From: Octopus vulgaris
Taxonomy: Eukaryota
Direction of reading: 5' to 3'
NCBI GenBank assembly: GCA_951406725.2
Contig: OX597830.1
Coordinates: 29,264,001 to 29,328,000 of the forward strand
Length of the DNA: 64,000 bases
Numbering within the stretch: position 1 is the stretch's first letter; every line of letters starts with the position of its first letter. Shown in pieces: positions 1-13,208 of the stretch. A program made the translations under genes and the position numbers. Under the pieces are notes generated by a model. It searched no databases and was not told the origin of the DNA. It saw only the letters and a list, made by a program, of their open reading frames with translations.

Positions 1-31
1 AATTAAGAAGCAACAAGCTAAAAAACATGGA

Positions 32-443
32 TAGGCGCAGGAGTGGTTGTGTGGTAAGTAGCTTGCTTACCAACCACATTGTTCTGGGTTCAGTCCCACT
101 GCGTGGCACCTTGGGCAAGTGTTTGCTACTATGGCCTCGGGCCGACCAAAGCCTTGTGAGTGGATTTGAAAGACAGAAACTGAAAGAAGCCTGTCGTATG
201 TATGTATATATATGTATATGTATGTGTGTGTATGTTTGTGTGTTTGTGTTTGTCCCCCCAACGTCGCTTGACAACCGATGCTGGTGTGTTCACGTCCCCC
301 GTCACTTAGCGGTTCGGCAAAAAGAGACCGATATAATAAGTACCAGGCATACAAAGAATATGTCCTGGGGTCGATTTGCTCGACTACAGGCAGTGCTCCA
401 ACATGGCCACAGTCAAGTGACTAAAACAAGTAAAAGAGAAAAG
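32..443 (+). mobile_element. SINE family A, full length (tRNA-like head, internal microsatellite, (GTAAAAGA)-type tail)
   Basis: Head GGCGCAGGAGTGG..GTGGTAAG..GGGTTCAGTCCC (A/B-box-like), CCTTGGGCAAGTG body, internal TA/TG repeat and 3' GGGGTCGATTTGCTCGACT. More than 15 copies or fragments occur in the window. Confidence 0.9.
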
Positions 444-710
444 ATTGTAATCGTATAGATGGTGAGAAAGCAAGCGTCCCATAAATTTCCAATATTCACT
501 ACGCGGTAACGATACTCGTCCGTAATCCATTAAAAGGTGTATATCTACACAAGAAATATACATGGAATTCTGAATCATTAGAAGACTCGATACAGCGATC
601 AGGCGTGAAAAATTAGATTGAAAAAGCTTTCTTCTTTCACATAATATAAGGAAAACTAAAATATCCCGCGCGGTAACTTTGAAAATATACTTTAGCCACT
701 ATAGTTAATA

Positions 711-1190
711 TTGGGTTATCCCATACATAATGCGGTTTTTTTAACACTTCTTTTATGTTTCAAAATTAAGTTCAACAAAGACATTTGTTTATCTAAAATA
801 GGCTCTCCTTCATTGTTTACAGTGCTCTTCCATCTATTTGGTAGACATGCAAGGCGCCTCTTCCAAATGTCACTTGTCTATGACGAAAAAATACACCTCC
901 ATTACTATTCTGAACTCGTCTACAGAATTTAATATTTTTTCCATCCAAATGATTTTGAAACCTGCGGAATAAAGGATAATAACGAGACGAGGCAATGTCC
1001 AGCGAATATTGTGGGTGGGGCATCGTTTCTCATTCAAACTGCTCCAGCCTTTCGAATGTCGTCCTTCCTGTAAGTGACCGAGCATTATCCTGATAGAAGA
1101 ACACCTTTCGTCTTCAAACCAAAGATGGTCCTTTTTCTTCTCGCGCTGACTTAAGCCGCTGAAGTTGCTCGCATTACATCTCATTTGTTA
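711..1190 (-). mobile_element. Mariner transposon relic (3' part of transposase plus terminal inverted repeat)
   Basis: Minus-strand frameshifted translation FFYQDNAR...MPHPQYSLDIASSRYY.LFRRFQNHLDGK matches the mariner HDNARPH / HPPYSPDLAPSDYHLF motifs. A mariner-type end TA|TTGGGTTATCCCATACATAATGCGG lies at 709-735. Confidence 0.85.
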
Positions 1191-1606
1191 TCATTTGGTT
1201 TGCGTTTAAAAGTCCAAAGTAGACTTAACCTTTCATATCCCACCAAACAACTAACAACACATTACGTGGATGAACTCTTACCTTTAAACTGGGGTGCCGG
1301 GGTTTCTCCATTCCCTACTAATTTTCTTGGTAAGACTTTGAGGACAATTGCTCCCGCGAACCAAAATAAAATATGGGATTTGCGTAGGGTCAAGGTTGGT
1401 AACACAATCATGACATACAATAAAACGAAACGAAACGTAGATAAGCAGGGAGGGCCGTTAGGCCAGAAGAGTTAAGGTAGTGAACGCTGGAAAAAGATTC
1501 TTTGATAAGATAAAAGAAAGGAGAGGAGACTGCGCGAGAGGGGGAAGAAAAAAGAAAGCTGACCCCGTGAAGAAAGGAAAGATGGACGAAGGTCATTTGT
1601 GAGCAA

Positions 1607-1648
<42 letters not shown>

Positions 1649-2121
1649 AAGGAGGAAGAGAGAGAGAGACATACAGATAAAAAGTGGTGAAGGGGAGAAA
1701 AAATTAGGGAAACCAAAATGAGAGACAGAGAAGGAGAGAGAGTGAAAGCAGTAAAAGATAGAGTCGCATCATATATATTAATAGAAACTTATTTGGAAAT
1801 GGATCCTGATATTGCTACCAACCTTTACCCTCCAAAAATACCAAATTTTATTTAGATTCGCGGGAACGGCTGCCTTCAAAGTCTTGTATTGTCGAAATAA
1901 GGAGTAGAAAGACAGCCGACAACTGATGAAGGGTTGTTTTTTATGATAAAGGGTCGTCCTTTATGTTACGTGACTTGTTTTTAGTTTGTGTCTCTCGTTC
2001 TTTGCACACACAACTTTAGTTCGGTATTTCATGTTGTTTACATTTTATGACATCCTGTACCCATATATGCATATTTGTATACATATATATGTATGTACAT
2101 ATATGTATGTATATATACATA

Positions 2122-2232
<111 letters not shown>

Positions 2233-3032
2233 TTTATTATATACATATATATATATACATGTGTGTATGTGCCTACATGTATTGGGTGATTACATATTTC
2301 GGAGTTTTTATGTGTGCTAATTTTTCTGTTAACGGTTTTACATTCGTTTTGTCCTATTAGGAAAATTTATTCTGCGCAATTTGATAGCGAAAATGAGATA
2401 GTCATGCAAGCCCAACATTTGAAGTATGGGAAGGATAAATAATTTTCTTAGAACGAAGTAGACATGAAAAAAAAAACCCGAAAAACAAAAAGAAAAAAGA
2501 AATGTTTAAAAAATTACAACTTCAAAAGCATTGCATATGTATCCTGCGTAATGTGCCAATTAACAAAAACAATTCTTTTAAATGGACAAAGATTTAATGG
2601 CGAATTCTTGTGTAATCCAAAATAATGAGATGTCTTCACCAATTGGATGGCATATATTATTCTGACTCCAATTTTTTTTTTACTTATTCCTATCTAACTA
2701 TTCGTTATAATTCTTTCTTATCAAAGACGTAAACATGCTTACTTGCACATACATAGATTTATAGGCGACAATGAGCAAGTGTTTATACATTTCATCAAGT
2801 ATGTAGTTGCTTGTATTTGCGTCTATACCACCAGCAACACCACCACCACCACCACCACACATACAGAAGCAGACAGATATTTGCATGTGAGTATGGTGTC
2901 AGCTTTTGCGTTTGTATATATGTGTGTATGACTATGTGTATTCATATACAAACACATTTATAAGTAATTGTACACACACACACACATACACACACACACA
3001 GACACACACACTCACATACTCACACATATAAA

Positions 3033-3145
3033 TAAGCGCAGGAGTGGCTGTTTGGTAAGAAGCTTGCTTCCCAACCAAATCCCAACCTTGTTCAGTCCCA
3101 ATGGGTGTCATCTTAGGCAGGTGCCGGAAACTATAAGAAGCTTGC

Positions 3146-3219
<74 letters not shown>

Positions 3220-3465
3220 ATATATATATGTATATATATATGTATGTATGTATGCATGTATTTGTGTGTTTGTGTCCGCCCACCACCGTCACTTGATAAC
3301 TGATACTGGTGTGTTTACGTCCACATAACTTAGCTGTTCGGCAAAAGTGGCCGTTAAAATAAGTACAAAGCTCACAAAGAATAAGTCCCGGGGTCGATTT
3401 GTTCGACTAACGGTGTTGCTCCAGTACGGCTGCAATGAAAAGGCTGAAACAAGGAAAAGAAATGA
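3033..3465 (+). mobile_element. SINE family A, internally deleted copy
   Basis: Head at 3033-3125, (TA)n, then 3' half at 3262-3465 matching family A. Confidence 0.8.
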
Positions 3466-3470
3466 ATAAT

Positions 3471-3509
<39 letters not shown>

Positions 3510-3556
3510 TATATATAAGCATAAATTCATACATAAATACACACACACACATATGT

Positions 3557-3600
<44 letters not shown>

Positions 3601-3604
3601 TCAT

Positions 3605-3940
3605 ATATGCGCTGGCTTAGTTGTGTGATAAGATGCTTGATTTCACACCATACGGTTCCGGTGTCAATAACATCATGTGGAAACCTCGGCAAGTGTTTTC
3701 TACTATAGCCTCCAGCTCCAGCCGACCAAACCTTTGTGGAATTGAAACTGAAAAAAAGACCCATCGCATCAATTGGAGTTGGTATGTTTACATCCTCGTC
3801 GTTACCTAGCGGTTCGGCAAAATGTTTCGACAAAATGAATTCTATGCTTTTAAAAAATAAGTCCTGGAATCGATTCATTCGACTAAAAGTTCTTGAAGAT
3901 GAAGCCCCAACATTGTAGCATTTTAAGGATTGAAACACGT
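3605..3940 (+). mobile_element. SINE family A, diverged copy lacking the microsatellite
   Basis: CCTCGGCAAGTGTTTTCTACTATAGCC, TAGCGGTTCGGCAAAA and GATTCATTCGACTAAA match family A. Confidence 0.7.
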
Positions 3941-4004
3941 ACAGTATGAAAGTTACATGTGAATGCACGAATATACTGGAAGGAAGAAGTTTCTTAAATA
4001 TTAT

Positions 4005-4149
4005 GTAGATGTGGTGTATGGTGACATGCTTGCTTCCCAACCACGTTCAGTTCCACGGCGTGGAACCTTAGGCAACTGTTTTCTATAATAGTCTCGAGGC
4101 GACCAAGTCCTCGTGATAGGATTTGGTAGACGGAAACTAAAAAAGGCCC

Positions 4150-4152
<3 letters not shown>
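4005..4152 (+). mobile_element. SINE family A, 5' half
   Basis: GCTTGCTTCCCAACCAC..GGATTTGGTAGACGGAAACT, ending at (TA)n. Confidence 0.75.
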
Positions 4153-4184
<32 letters not shown>

Positions 4185-4231
4185 TAGAACAAAACACCTT
4201 TTATCAATTCAATAATGAAAAATTAAATATT

Positions 4232-4441
4232 ACTCTTTTACACTTTTACTTGGTTCAGTCATTCGACTGCGGCCATGCTGGAGTACCGCCTTTAGTCGAG
4301 CAAATCGACCCCGGGACATATTCTTTGTAAGCCCAATACTTATTCTATCGGTCTCTTTTGCCGAACCGCTAAGTCACGGGGACGTAAACACACCAGCATC
4401 GGTTGTCAAGCAATGTTAGGGGGACAAACACAGACACACAA

Positions 4442-4476
<35 letters not shown>

Positions 4477-4632
4477 CATACATATATACGACAGGCCTCT
4501 TTCAGTTCCCGTCTACCAAATCCACTCACAAGGCATTGGTCGGCCCGGGGCTATAGCAGAAGACACTTGCCCAAGGTGCCACGCAGTGGGACTGAACCCG
4601 GAACCATGTGGTTGTTTAGCAAGATACTTGCC
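4232..4632 (-). mobile_element. SINE family A, full length
   Basis: Reverse complement of the family A consensus over its whole length. Confidence 0.9.
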
Positions 4633-4768
4633 ACACATCCACTCCTGCGTCTATTATATAATAAATAATATATATATGTTAAATAACATATATATATTAT
4701 ATTTTGTGAAATTTGATTTAGTATTTCTAAATTGAATTTTTTTTGTAAGTTGGAATAATATTCCCTCA

Positions 4769-4811
<43 letters not shown>

Positions 4812-4815
4812 TAAA

Positions 4816-4867
<52 letters not shown>

Positions 4868-5154
4868 TGTGTAGAAGTTTGAAAAGTAACACACGCATTA
4901 ATACATATGGAGAAAAAAGTCAAGGTAGAAAATGCTAAAAGAATTTTATAAAAACATTTCAGTACCGGTTTCAGTCATTGAAACTTTTTTAACAGTAAGT
5001 ATGGGAAATAATTAAATTTTGGAAAACTTCACAGAAAATTTTTTTTATTTTAAAAAGATATTTGCACAGTGGCCTTTTCTTTGTTTCTGCCTGTTTCTGT
5101 CTCTCTTGTATACTCTTGTGGGTTTGATGTCGTTGCGTTTGTGGTCTGTTTCTG

Positions 5155-5305
5155 TACCCGTAATATTAGCGGTTCGGGAAAAGACACCGGGAGAATAAGT
5201 ACTAGCCTTACAAAGTATAGATCCTCGGGTCGATTCGCTCGACTACAGGCGGCGCTCCGGCATAGCCGCAGTCAAATCACTGAGGCCAGTAAAAGAGTAA
5301 AAAAA
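5155..5305 (+). mobile_element. SINE family A, 3' fragment
   Basis: TTAGCGGTTCGG..GGGTCGATTCGCTCGACT..GTAAAAGAGTAAAA. Confidence 0.8.
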
Positions 5306-5429
5306 GTATTTAAAAATTTCTTTAGTAAAAACAATAATGAAACACAAACTTAAACAGAAGTGATTTCGTTGCTAGATTTTTCAAACATGTGTCATGGGGT
5401 AGCCCATATAGAGATCTTTCATATTTAAT

Positions 5430-6460
5430 GTCTTCGATTATGGAATATCACCAAGAATATGCTGTCTTTCTTACTTTTGAGCATGCTTATAATGTTTACA
5501 TTTCTTTGCTGATTGTTCAGCATGTGTTGTCAGAGTGATGGAAAGAGGCATTCAAGAGCACTTTGCACTGACCTCATGACACTGCTTCCATTTCTTCGTC
5601 TCACATAAACGTTATCGTGTGGTTTATGTGGAATGGAAGCACTCCGTCGGTTACGACGATGAGGGTTCCGGTTGATCCGATCAACGGAACAGCCTGCTCG
5701 TGAAATTAACGTGTAAGTGGCTGAGCACTCCACAGACACGTGTACCCTTAACGTAGTTCTCGGGGATATTCAGCGTGACACAGAGAGTGACAAGGCCGGC
5801 CCTTTGAAATACAGGTACAACAGAAACAGGAAGTAAGAGTGAGAGAAAGTTGTGGTGAAAGAGTACAGCAGGGATCACCACCATCCCTGCCGGAGCCTCG
5901 TGGAGCTTTAGGTGTTTTCGCTCAATAAACACTCACAACGCCCGGTCTGGGAATCGAAACCGCGATCCTACGACCGCGAGTCCGCTGCCCTAACCACTGG
6001 GCCATTGCGCCTCCACTGTGGTTTATGTATTTATGGTATTTACCATTGACGGTTAGTATTTTTCAAGTTTTGATATCTAGGCTGCACATCTGGTGAATTT
6101 TCAATGCAATCTCCCAAATGTGGGTGCTAGCACTGGCACGGCAAAGTATTATAAGGTATAGTCTTGTTAAATGTAAACAGATCTGAGTTCATTATTCTTC
6201 GATGTGTGTGAAAGTACTCTTTGTTCATTCTGGTTTTATACGCATATCCTGCTTGCGGAATTCTCGGCGATAGGTAAGGTAGACAAGTTATTGATATATA
6301 TGTTCTATCTGCTGCACAGTCTTTCCATGGTTGAGCTTATATCTTTTCTAAACTCCATGCATATATACTCTCACACTGTTGTAACTTGTTCTAGTTGTCT
6401 CATGTTTTCATGTTACCAGAATATAAGTTTAGGTCAGCAACTAAAAATGCGCGGGTGACA
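5430..6460 (-). pseudogene. R4/Dong-clade non-LTR retrotransposon relic (RT C-terminal region), interrupted by SINE B
   Basis: Frameshifted minus-strand translation: THAFLVADLNLYS (approx. F.DDLKLY), RRIMNSDLFTFNKTIPYNT/FAVPVLAPTFG, LDIKT*KILTVNGKYH, DNVYVRRRNGSSVMRSVQSALECLFPSL (approx. DRLY..R..GGRGL). Homologous to 18150-19160. Confidence 0.75.
5630..6016 (-). mobile_element. SINE family B, full length with tail 1 (tRNA-Arg-like head; resembles octopus OR-type SINEs)
   Basis: Head TGGCCCAGTGGTTAGGGCAGCGGACTCGCGGTCG..GGTTTCGATTCCC. Exact 12-bp TSD TGTGGTTTATGT at 5618-5629 and 6017-6028. Confidence 0.92.
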
Positions 6461-7466
6461 TTAATTGTTATACTATTCTACACATCCTAGTATGAAGCCT
6501 TGACATTTCGTCATACACATCTACGTATGTATCCACGAGCGCGCACTCACATACACGTACGCACACTCACACTCACACATGCATAATATATAACATACGT
6601 AACATATATATATATATATATATATATTTATATTACGCATTATATAATATATATATGTATACATTTATGTTACGTATTATAATATATATATAAATATATA
6701 TATGTATGTATGTATGTATATATGTAATGTGTAGATAGGTCTGTTGCTGAAGTATGAACCCGCGTGAGCTTGTTTCTGTGTATGTGTATATTCCTTTTCA
6801 TTAATCTCTGGCTTTGCTTTCGTGTTTATTCTCCAAAATTAGAATAATTAAGTAGGCCAATTTATTTGATAATATTGATCAAATGATGTAAATTACAATA
6901 TGCTGAAATAATGAAAAAAAAAAAAAGAATAGATTTTCTGAATTAATTAATTAATATTGTACACCATTCAATAATGAAAGAATTGTGCAATCTGTCTTTA
7001 TTGTAACACATGTTAACAACTGAACGAATTTTAGTAAACAATATGGGGCTTATTCGGTCGTTGTTTTTTTCCCTATTTTGTTGTCAAAATGGGACTCGTA
7101 TGGACTATATTAGTAATTTATATACATACTAGAATAAAAGAATACTGACGCACACCGACGTATACATACACGCACACATAAATATGTGTATGTGAGTATT
7201 TTTGAATTTATAATATATATATGCATATATTTGTACATATATATTTTATGTATATGTTTATATATGTAATACATCTAAGTATAACTATATACATAGATAT
7301 ATACTCAAAGTATGTATACTCAATTTTAAAACTGAAGTAATTACGCTTGCTTTAGATGTTATTACTAAATGAAAACAGAAAAACAGAAATAAACTTGTGC
7401 TTTATAATATCCATACAAAACCGAAGGCTTTGTTTAGCTCGAAAATTTAACTAAACCGGGACGATG

Positions 7467-7543
<77 letters not shown>

Positions 7544-7954
7544 TAGATAGATAGATAGATGCGTGGGGAAGCTACGTTTGTAACCTTGTCGTTTCCAGTT
7601 ATTAGCGACTGCCTAGCACCTTCGACGAGTGTTTTATTATTTTTTCCGAGGTGACCGATGCTGTATTAAACAGACGTATCACTAAGATATCAACAGAAAG
7701 CAAAGGGAGACGCCGATTATTTGTCTTTTAGGTAATAATACTACAGAATTAATTCTCAAGAACATGCGATTTATTTATGCTAAAGTCTGTGTGTTTGTGA
7801 ACGTGTGTCTGCATTTGTATTTTTGTTTGCCAATATGGGTTGTGTGTATAGTTGATTTGTTTATATCCAATTCTTCATCAATATAGTCTTCGTTTGATGA
7901 AATTATTCGCACAATTATATGAACAATTGCTGCTAATATGAATATGTAAAACAA

Positions 7955-9410
7955 GGCGGAAATCTGGTAGAATCATTAGTTTAGAAAATGCTTAGCCGTT
8001 TCATCTTTTCGTCCTTCACGTTCTGAGTTCAAATCCTACAGCTATCGACTTAAACTTTCATCGTTTCGGAGTGGCTATAAAAAAAGTATCCTTTTCTACT
8101 CTTGGCATAAGGCCCGAAATTTTTTGGGTACGGGGTCAGTCGATTACATAGACTCCAGTACGCAAATGGTACTTAATTTATCGATCCCGTAAAAATGAAA
8201 GGCAATGTCGACCTCGGCAGAATTTGAACTCAAAACGAATATAGACGAAATACCACTAATTATTCCGCCAGCATGCTAACCTTTCTTATTTCTTTATTGC
8301 CTACAAGGGGCTAAACATAGAGGGGACAAACAATGACAGACAAAAGGAATAAGTCGATTACATCGACCCCAGTGTAATGTAATTAATGCTTGTTAGTTTG
8401 CCTTCAAATTTTCCGCTTTTCTAACGACGACCCTGTATATATATGTAAGTAATTCCCCTGTACGCAAACATTCACAGATATGCATTCTTTAACATTGCAA
8501 GGAGAATTTTTAAAACGTCCTGCTGCGTGTCAACTAAAAGGAAAAGCAAAAACTGAAAGATAAGATTGCCACAGCTGAGTGGAGGCGCAATGGGCCAGTG
8601 GTTAAGGCAGTGGACTCGCGGTCGTAAAAACGCGGTTTCGATTCCAGGACTGGGCATTGTAAGTTTTTATTGAGCAAAAACACCTAAACTCCACGAGGCT
8701 CCGGCGGGATGGGGGGGGATGAACTCGGCTATACTCTTTCACCACACTCTTTCTTCCTACTTCTGCCACAAAGTAGAGGAACCATGGTGTAACCCATTAT
8801 GGTGCGGTAAACTTTCAAACCCTAATGTAGATTGCAAATCCTCAGTAAAAACATACGAAAGCGATCTTCATTTGTTACTTTTATAGAAGGCATCGAGCTG
8901 GTAAAATTGATAGCACGTCGAAGGAAATGCTTAGCGGCACTTCGTCCGTCTTTATGTTCTGTGTTGAAATTCCGCCGAGATCGACTTTGCTTTCACGTTT
9001 CGCTTGTTGATAAAATAAGTACCAGGTGAACACTATGGTCGATGTAATCGACTTATCTCTTCCCCACTAATTTCAGGCCTGGCACGAACGGATTATTTGA
9101 CTTTCACTCAAAGCGTCGGAATGGCAGAGTCTTTAGCACGCCGGGCAATATGCTAAATAACATTTCGTTCAGTTTCACGTTCTGAGTTCAAATTCCGCCG
9201 AGGACAACTTAAACTTTCTTTTCAAAAACTGTTGTTCTGAACAAAAATTTCAAGCCATTATCTACTTTAGTCATTCCACCGCGATCGAGATTTTCATTTT
9301 ATCCTTGTGGATCCGATGAAATAATGTACCAGGTGAGCACTGAATTCAAGGTAATCAAGTGGCCACTATCACACAAAATTTCAGGCTTTGTGTCTAGAAT
9401 ACAAAGGATT
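7955..9410. mobile_element. Cluster of about 6 SINE family C copies/fragments in both orientations (Meta-domain-like SINE)
   Basis: Repeated GTTCTGAGTTCAAATTCCGCCGAGGTCGACTTTGCCTTTCATCC..GATAAA.TAAGTACCAG: + at about 7955-8080, 8888-9095, 9115-9220, 9275-9410; - at about 8085-8280, 8282-8375. Confidence 0.8.
8579..8765 (+). mobile_element. SINE family B, head and body without tail
   Basis: GTGGAGGCGCAATGGGCCAGTGGTTAAGGCAGTGGACTCGCGGTCG..TACTCTTTCACCAC. Confidence 0.85.
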
Positions 9411-10039
9411 TTTGAATTCAAGTTTTGAAAATGATTAGCTTCTAATTATTTTGCATAACAAAATGCCACCTTTCCATTAGTACTCATGATGAAGACCAGT
9501 CCATTTTTGTCTCACTTGTTGCACAACCTACAGTTTTATCCTCTGATACGTTATTCGCTTTTTAATGAAAATACCGAGATATTTGACGATTGCTGAATTC
9601 TTATTTCCCGGAACATTAGTATTTGAAACATTTTCTTGTCATAACCCGATCCTAAGCGAAAAAAAGCCGATCCTAAAATGAAGCCCTCTCGACGAAAACT
9701 GTGCGACCTTAATGCAATATCACAAATCGATATTCATACCTAAAATTTAATACAAATTGCGTTAGATGAAATGAATAAATAAATATCCAATTTTTACGCA
9801 TGAATTAAACTGATTACAAAAGAAATTTAATTGACTTATATCATTAAAGAATATTTTGTACAAAATAGAACAAAGGAGGGGATAGAATAGACATTTGAAA
9901 ACTAGTGACATATGTTACTTTAAATTCCCGCTCGTTCTGAAGTAGAACAACGAACATATCCGATACAAACAACGCAGAAAAACCCCGATAATTTCAGAAG
10001 GTAATAGAGTAGATTTATATCAATAGTTTAATAACTGTT

Positions 10040-10190
10040 ACTAATTTAGGCACAAACACAGCTGTTGCGAGTGGAGGGATTTAGAAGATGAGATCAACCT
10101 CGGTATTCGACTGGTATTTGTATCTTATTGATTCCCCCGAAAGGATGAAAGGCAAATTTTTACCGAGGTTTGAATTGAAACTATAACGTA
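10040..10190 (-). mobile_element. SINE family C, degraded
   Basis: CCCCGAAAGGATGAAAGGCAAA is the reverse complement of the family C core. Confidence 0.6.
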
Positions 10191-10349
10191 AATTACCGGA
10201 TTGAGATACTTCAAGTTGTAATTGAAAACTAATCTCTCTCTTTGTCTCTCTCTCTCTCTGTCTCTCTCTCTCTCTCTCGCCCTGTGTGTGTGTGTGAGTG
10301 TGAGTGTTTGCATGTGTGCATACATATATACATCATATACATTGTGAAG

Positions 10350-10354
10350 ATTGG

Positions 10355-10388
<34 letters not shown>

Positions 10389-10471
10389 AATGATGATGAT
10401 GATGAGAATGATGACAACACGATGCTGGTGATGCTGATGATGACAATGAAGAGGAGGAGGAAGTGGAGCGA

Positions 10472-10519
<48 letters not shown>

Positions 10520-10738
10520 AAGAAGAAGAAGAAGTGAAGTGAGTGAGGAGATGATGACGAAGATATTGACGTTGAAATATATATTCGTCACTGCCGACGC
10601 CTCCGTCGTCGTCGACTTCCTCCTCTTCCTCCGTCTCATCGTCATCAACATCATCATCATCATCTTCCTCATCAACATGATAATCGCCATCATCATCATC
10701 ACAATCACTACTACCGCCGCCGCCGCCGCCGCCATCGC

Positions 10739-10775
<37 letters not shown>

Positions 10776-10800
10776 GTCGTCGTCGTCGTCATCATCCATT
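10350..10800. repeat. Compound trinucleotide microsatellite: (GAT)n/(AGT)n/(AGA)n left, (CAT)n/(CGC)n/(CGT)n right
   Basis: Directly visible; source of the poly-D/poly-M ORFs. Confidence 0.95.
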
Positions 10801-11177
10801 TAAGAAATGTCATCTCAAATGTATATCGTGATGAGTAGTCCGTGTCATATCAACAGAAGTAAAGTGCTTTGTTAAGATTTTTACCATCATATTTTAGAAG
10901 GTTACAGTTGTAATCTCGTCTACAGAAGACGCATTCGGTTATTTAGTTTCTTTCTTTGAGTTCTCTTCTTTTTATTTTTTTAGTTTTTTTGAGTCATGAA
11001 TCAACGGTCCGAGTCTTCTTCAGAGATCTCCTCACGTCAACTGGCAGCGTGCACTTCACCCCAGTGCATCTATTATCTCTCTTAATCTCACGCATTCCAT
11101 ATACGTGTGTGTGTGTGTGTGTGCATGCGTGTGTGTGTGTGTATCATGTATATGTATATATGTATATATATATGTAT

Positions 11178-11240
<63 letters not shown>

Positions 11241-11498
11241 TGTGTCACCTCCCTCTTTCTCTCTCATTGTCTCCCGTTTTTCCCCCTCTGCTTTTTTAAT
11301 CTGGTTTTTGTATGTATGTCACACATACATACAACTGTGTATGTGGGAGAGATTGAGAGAGAAGGAGATTAATAGATAAACAGACAGACAGAGAAAGTGT
11401 GTGTGTGTGTGCTTGAGTGAAGGGTTATATCTATATTATCTATCTATCTATCTATCTATCTATATATATATATATCTACCTATCTATCTATCTATATA

Positions 11499-11537
<39 letters not shown>

Positions 11538-11979
11538 ATGTATGTATGTATGTATGTTCGACACTGTCTATCACGCCAGAAACTTTGTAAGCACCTGCTG
11601 TTAATATATCACTGGCTGTTTATGGTTAACCTTTGTGCGCCGGAAACTGTAATGGTAAGGGGTTGCTTTCTAGGTGGGCTTTCAAGTTCAGTGTTTATTA
11701 TTCTGTCGATAACTTTGTGAAAATATCCGGCAAAGAATGGGATGGTTTAAAATTCTTGACTCCATAAATAAATAACTAAATAAAGAAATACGCGAAACTG
11801 GAAAAGAAAAGGAAAGAGAGGAAAATTAGTTTGAAATGAATCTTTGATTCTTTAGCGTACAACCTATAGGGTACAGTTGTGTTTTGGAATATGTGTGTGT
11901 ATTTGTGATGGGATATTTAATTGTATATACCTCAACACATACACACCAGTACAAAACACACCTATACACTCGTACTTAA

Positions 11980-12021
<42 letters not shown>

Positions 12022-12140
12022 GTATATATGTGTGTGTATGTATGTATGTATGTATATATGTATGTATTTGCGAACACATGTGTCTGTGCTTATGTGCGTG
12101 AGTGTGTGTGTGTGTATGTGTGTGTGTGTGTGTGTGTGGT

Positions 12141-12214
<74 letters not shown>

Positions 12215-12721
12215 ATGTGATTATCCTTCCCATGACTAATACCTCTGAATGTCAACCCGTTTCAGCCTTTTGATACACGTTTTCTATTCTGAAATCTATT
12301 TTGTGTTAATGCATTTGTAATAAAGAGTTGGAAAGAAAATAAATTGAAATAACCTTTAGCTATCTATTTATATTAAAAGCTCAAATATATTTCTTCAAAA
12401 TTTGTCATCGATACCTTGGGTTCACTACTCACATTTGCATTGTTTTCCTCATGTTTCAGCAAATAGAAAAATTGAAAAATTAAATTAAAAAATTTGTAAA
12501 CCTATACAACCCTGCATATATGACTGTAGTTAAAATATTTACTTCTCACCGATGTCGTTTCACATTCAGTCACACTGCGCAGCAAATGCATTTTATTATA
12601 GACTTGTGTCGGTTAATTCGTTATGTGAGTAATTTAGTGGACAAAGGTTTTGTAGAATCTGAACTGAGGTACTGTAAAGTTATTTACATTAATGCTTCGC
12701 AAAAAAAAAAAAACAACAAAA

Positions 12722-12830
12722 TGGCGAGCTGGCAGAAACATTACCACACTGTGCGAAATGATTAGCAGTGTTTCATCTGTCCTGACGTTCTGAGTCCAAA
12801 TTCCGCCGAGGTCGAATTTGCTTTCATCCT
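12722..12830 (+). mobile_element. SINE family C 5' part, truncated where a SINE A begins
   Basis: GGCGAGCTGGCAGAAAC..CCGCCGAGGTCGAATTTGCTTTCATCCT, followed immediately by a family A head. Confidence 0.8.
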
Positions 12831-12832
12831 AC

Positions 12833-13009
12833 AGGCGTAGGAGTGGCTGTGTGGTAAGTAGCCTGCTTACGAACCACATGGTTCCGGGTTCAGTCCCACT
12901 GCGCGGTACCTTGGGCAAGTGTGTTTTACTATAGCCTCGGGCCAACCAAAGCCTTGTGAGTGGATTCGGTTGACGGAAACTGTAAGAAGCCCGTCGTATA
13001 TATGTGTAC

Positions 13010-13051
<42 letters not shown>

Positions 13052-13063
13052 GTATATTTCGTA

Positions 13064-13110
<47 letters not shown>

Positions 13111-13208
13111 TTAAAGAATAAGTCTGAGGTCGATTTGCTCGACTAAATGTGGTGCTCCAGCATGACCGCAGTCAATTAGCTGAAACAAGTACAAGAGCAA
13201 AAGAGTAA
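12833..13208 (+). mobile_element. SINE family A with deletion next to the internal microsatellite
   Basis: Head/body at 12833-13000, (TA)n, then only the last about 100 bp of the 3' half. Confidence 0.88.

Noticed and set aside
27-458. Recurrent ORFs such as [14 protein letters not shown] / [14 protein letters not shown]
   Set aside because: Chance frames through SINE A copies, not a gene family.
1915-1960. CTGATGAAGGG as a hammerhead core
   Set aside because: No downstream stem II closure or GAAA; at most a decayed relic.
5940-6016. tRNA-Arg-like sequence as a true tRNA gene
   Set aside because: No proper acceptor stem; continues into a SINE body and is flanked by a TSD.
10125-10838. Longest ORFs (194-224 aa, poly-D/M/I)
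   Set aside because: Trinucleotide repeats open in several frames, with no domain content.
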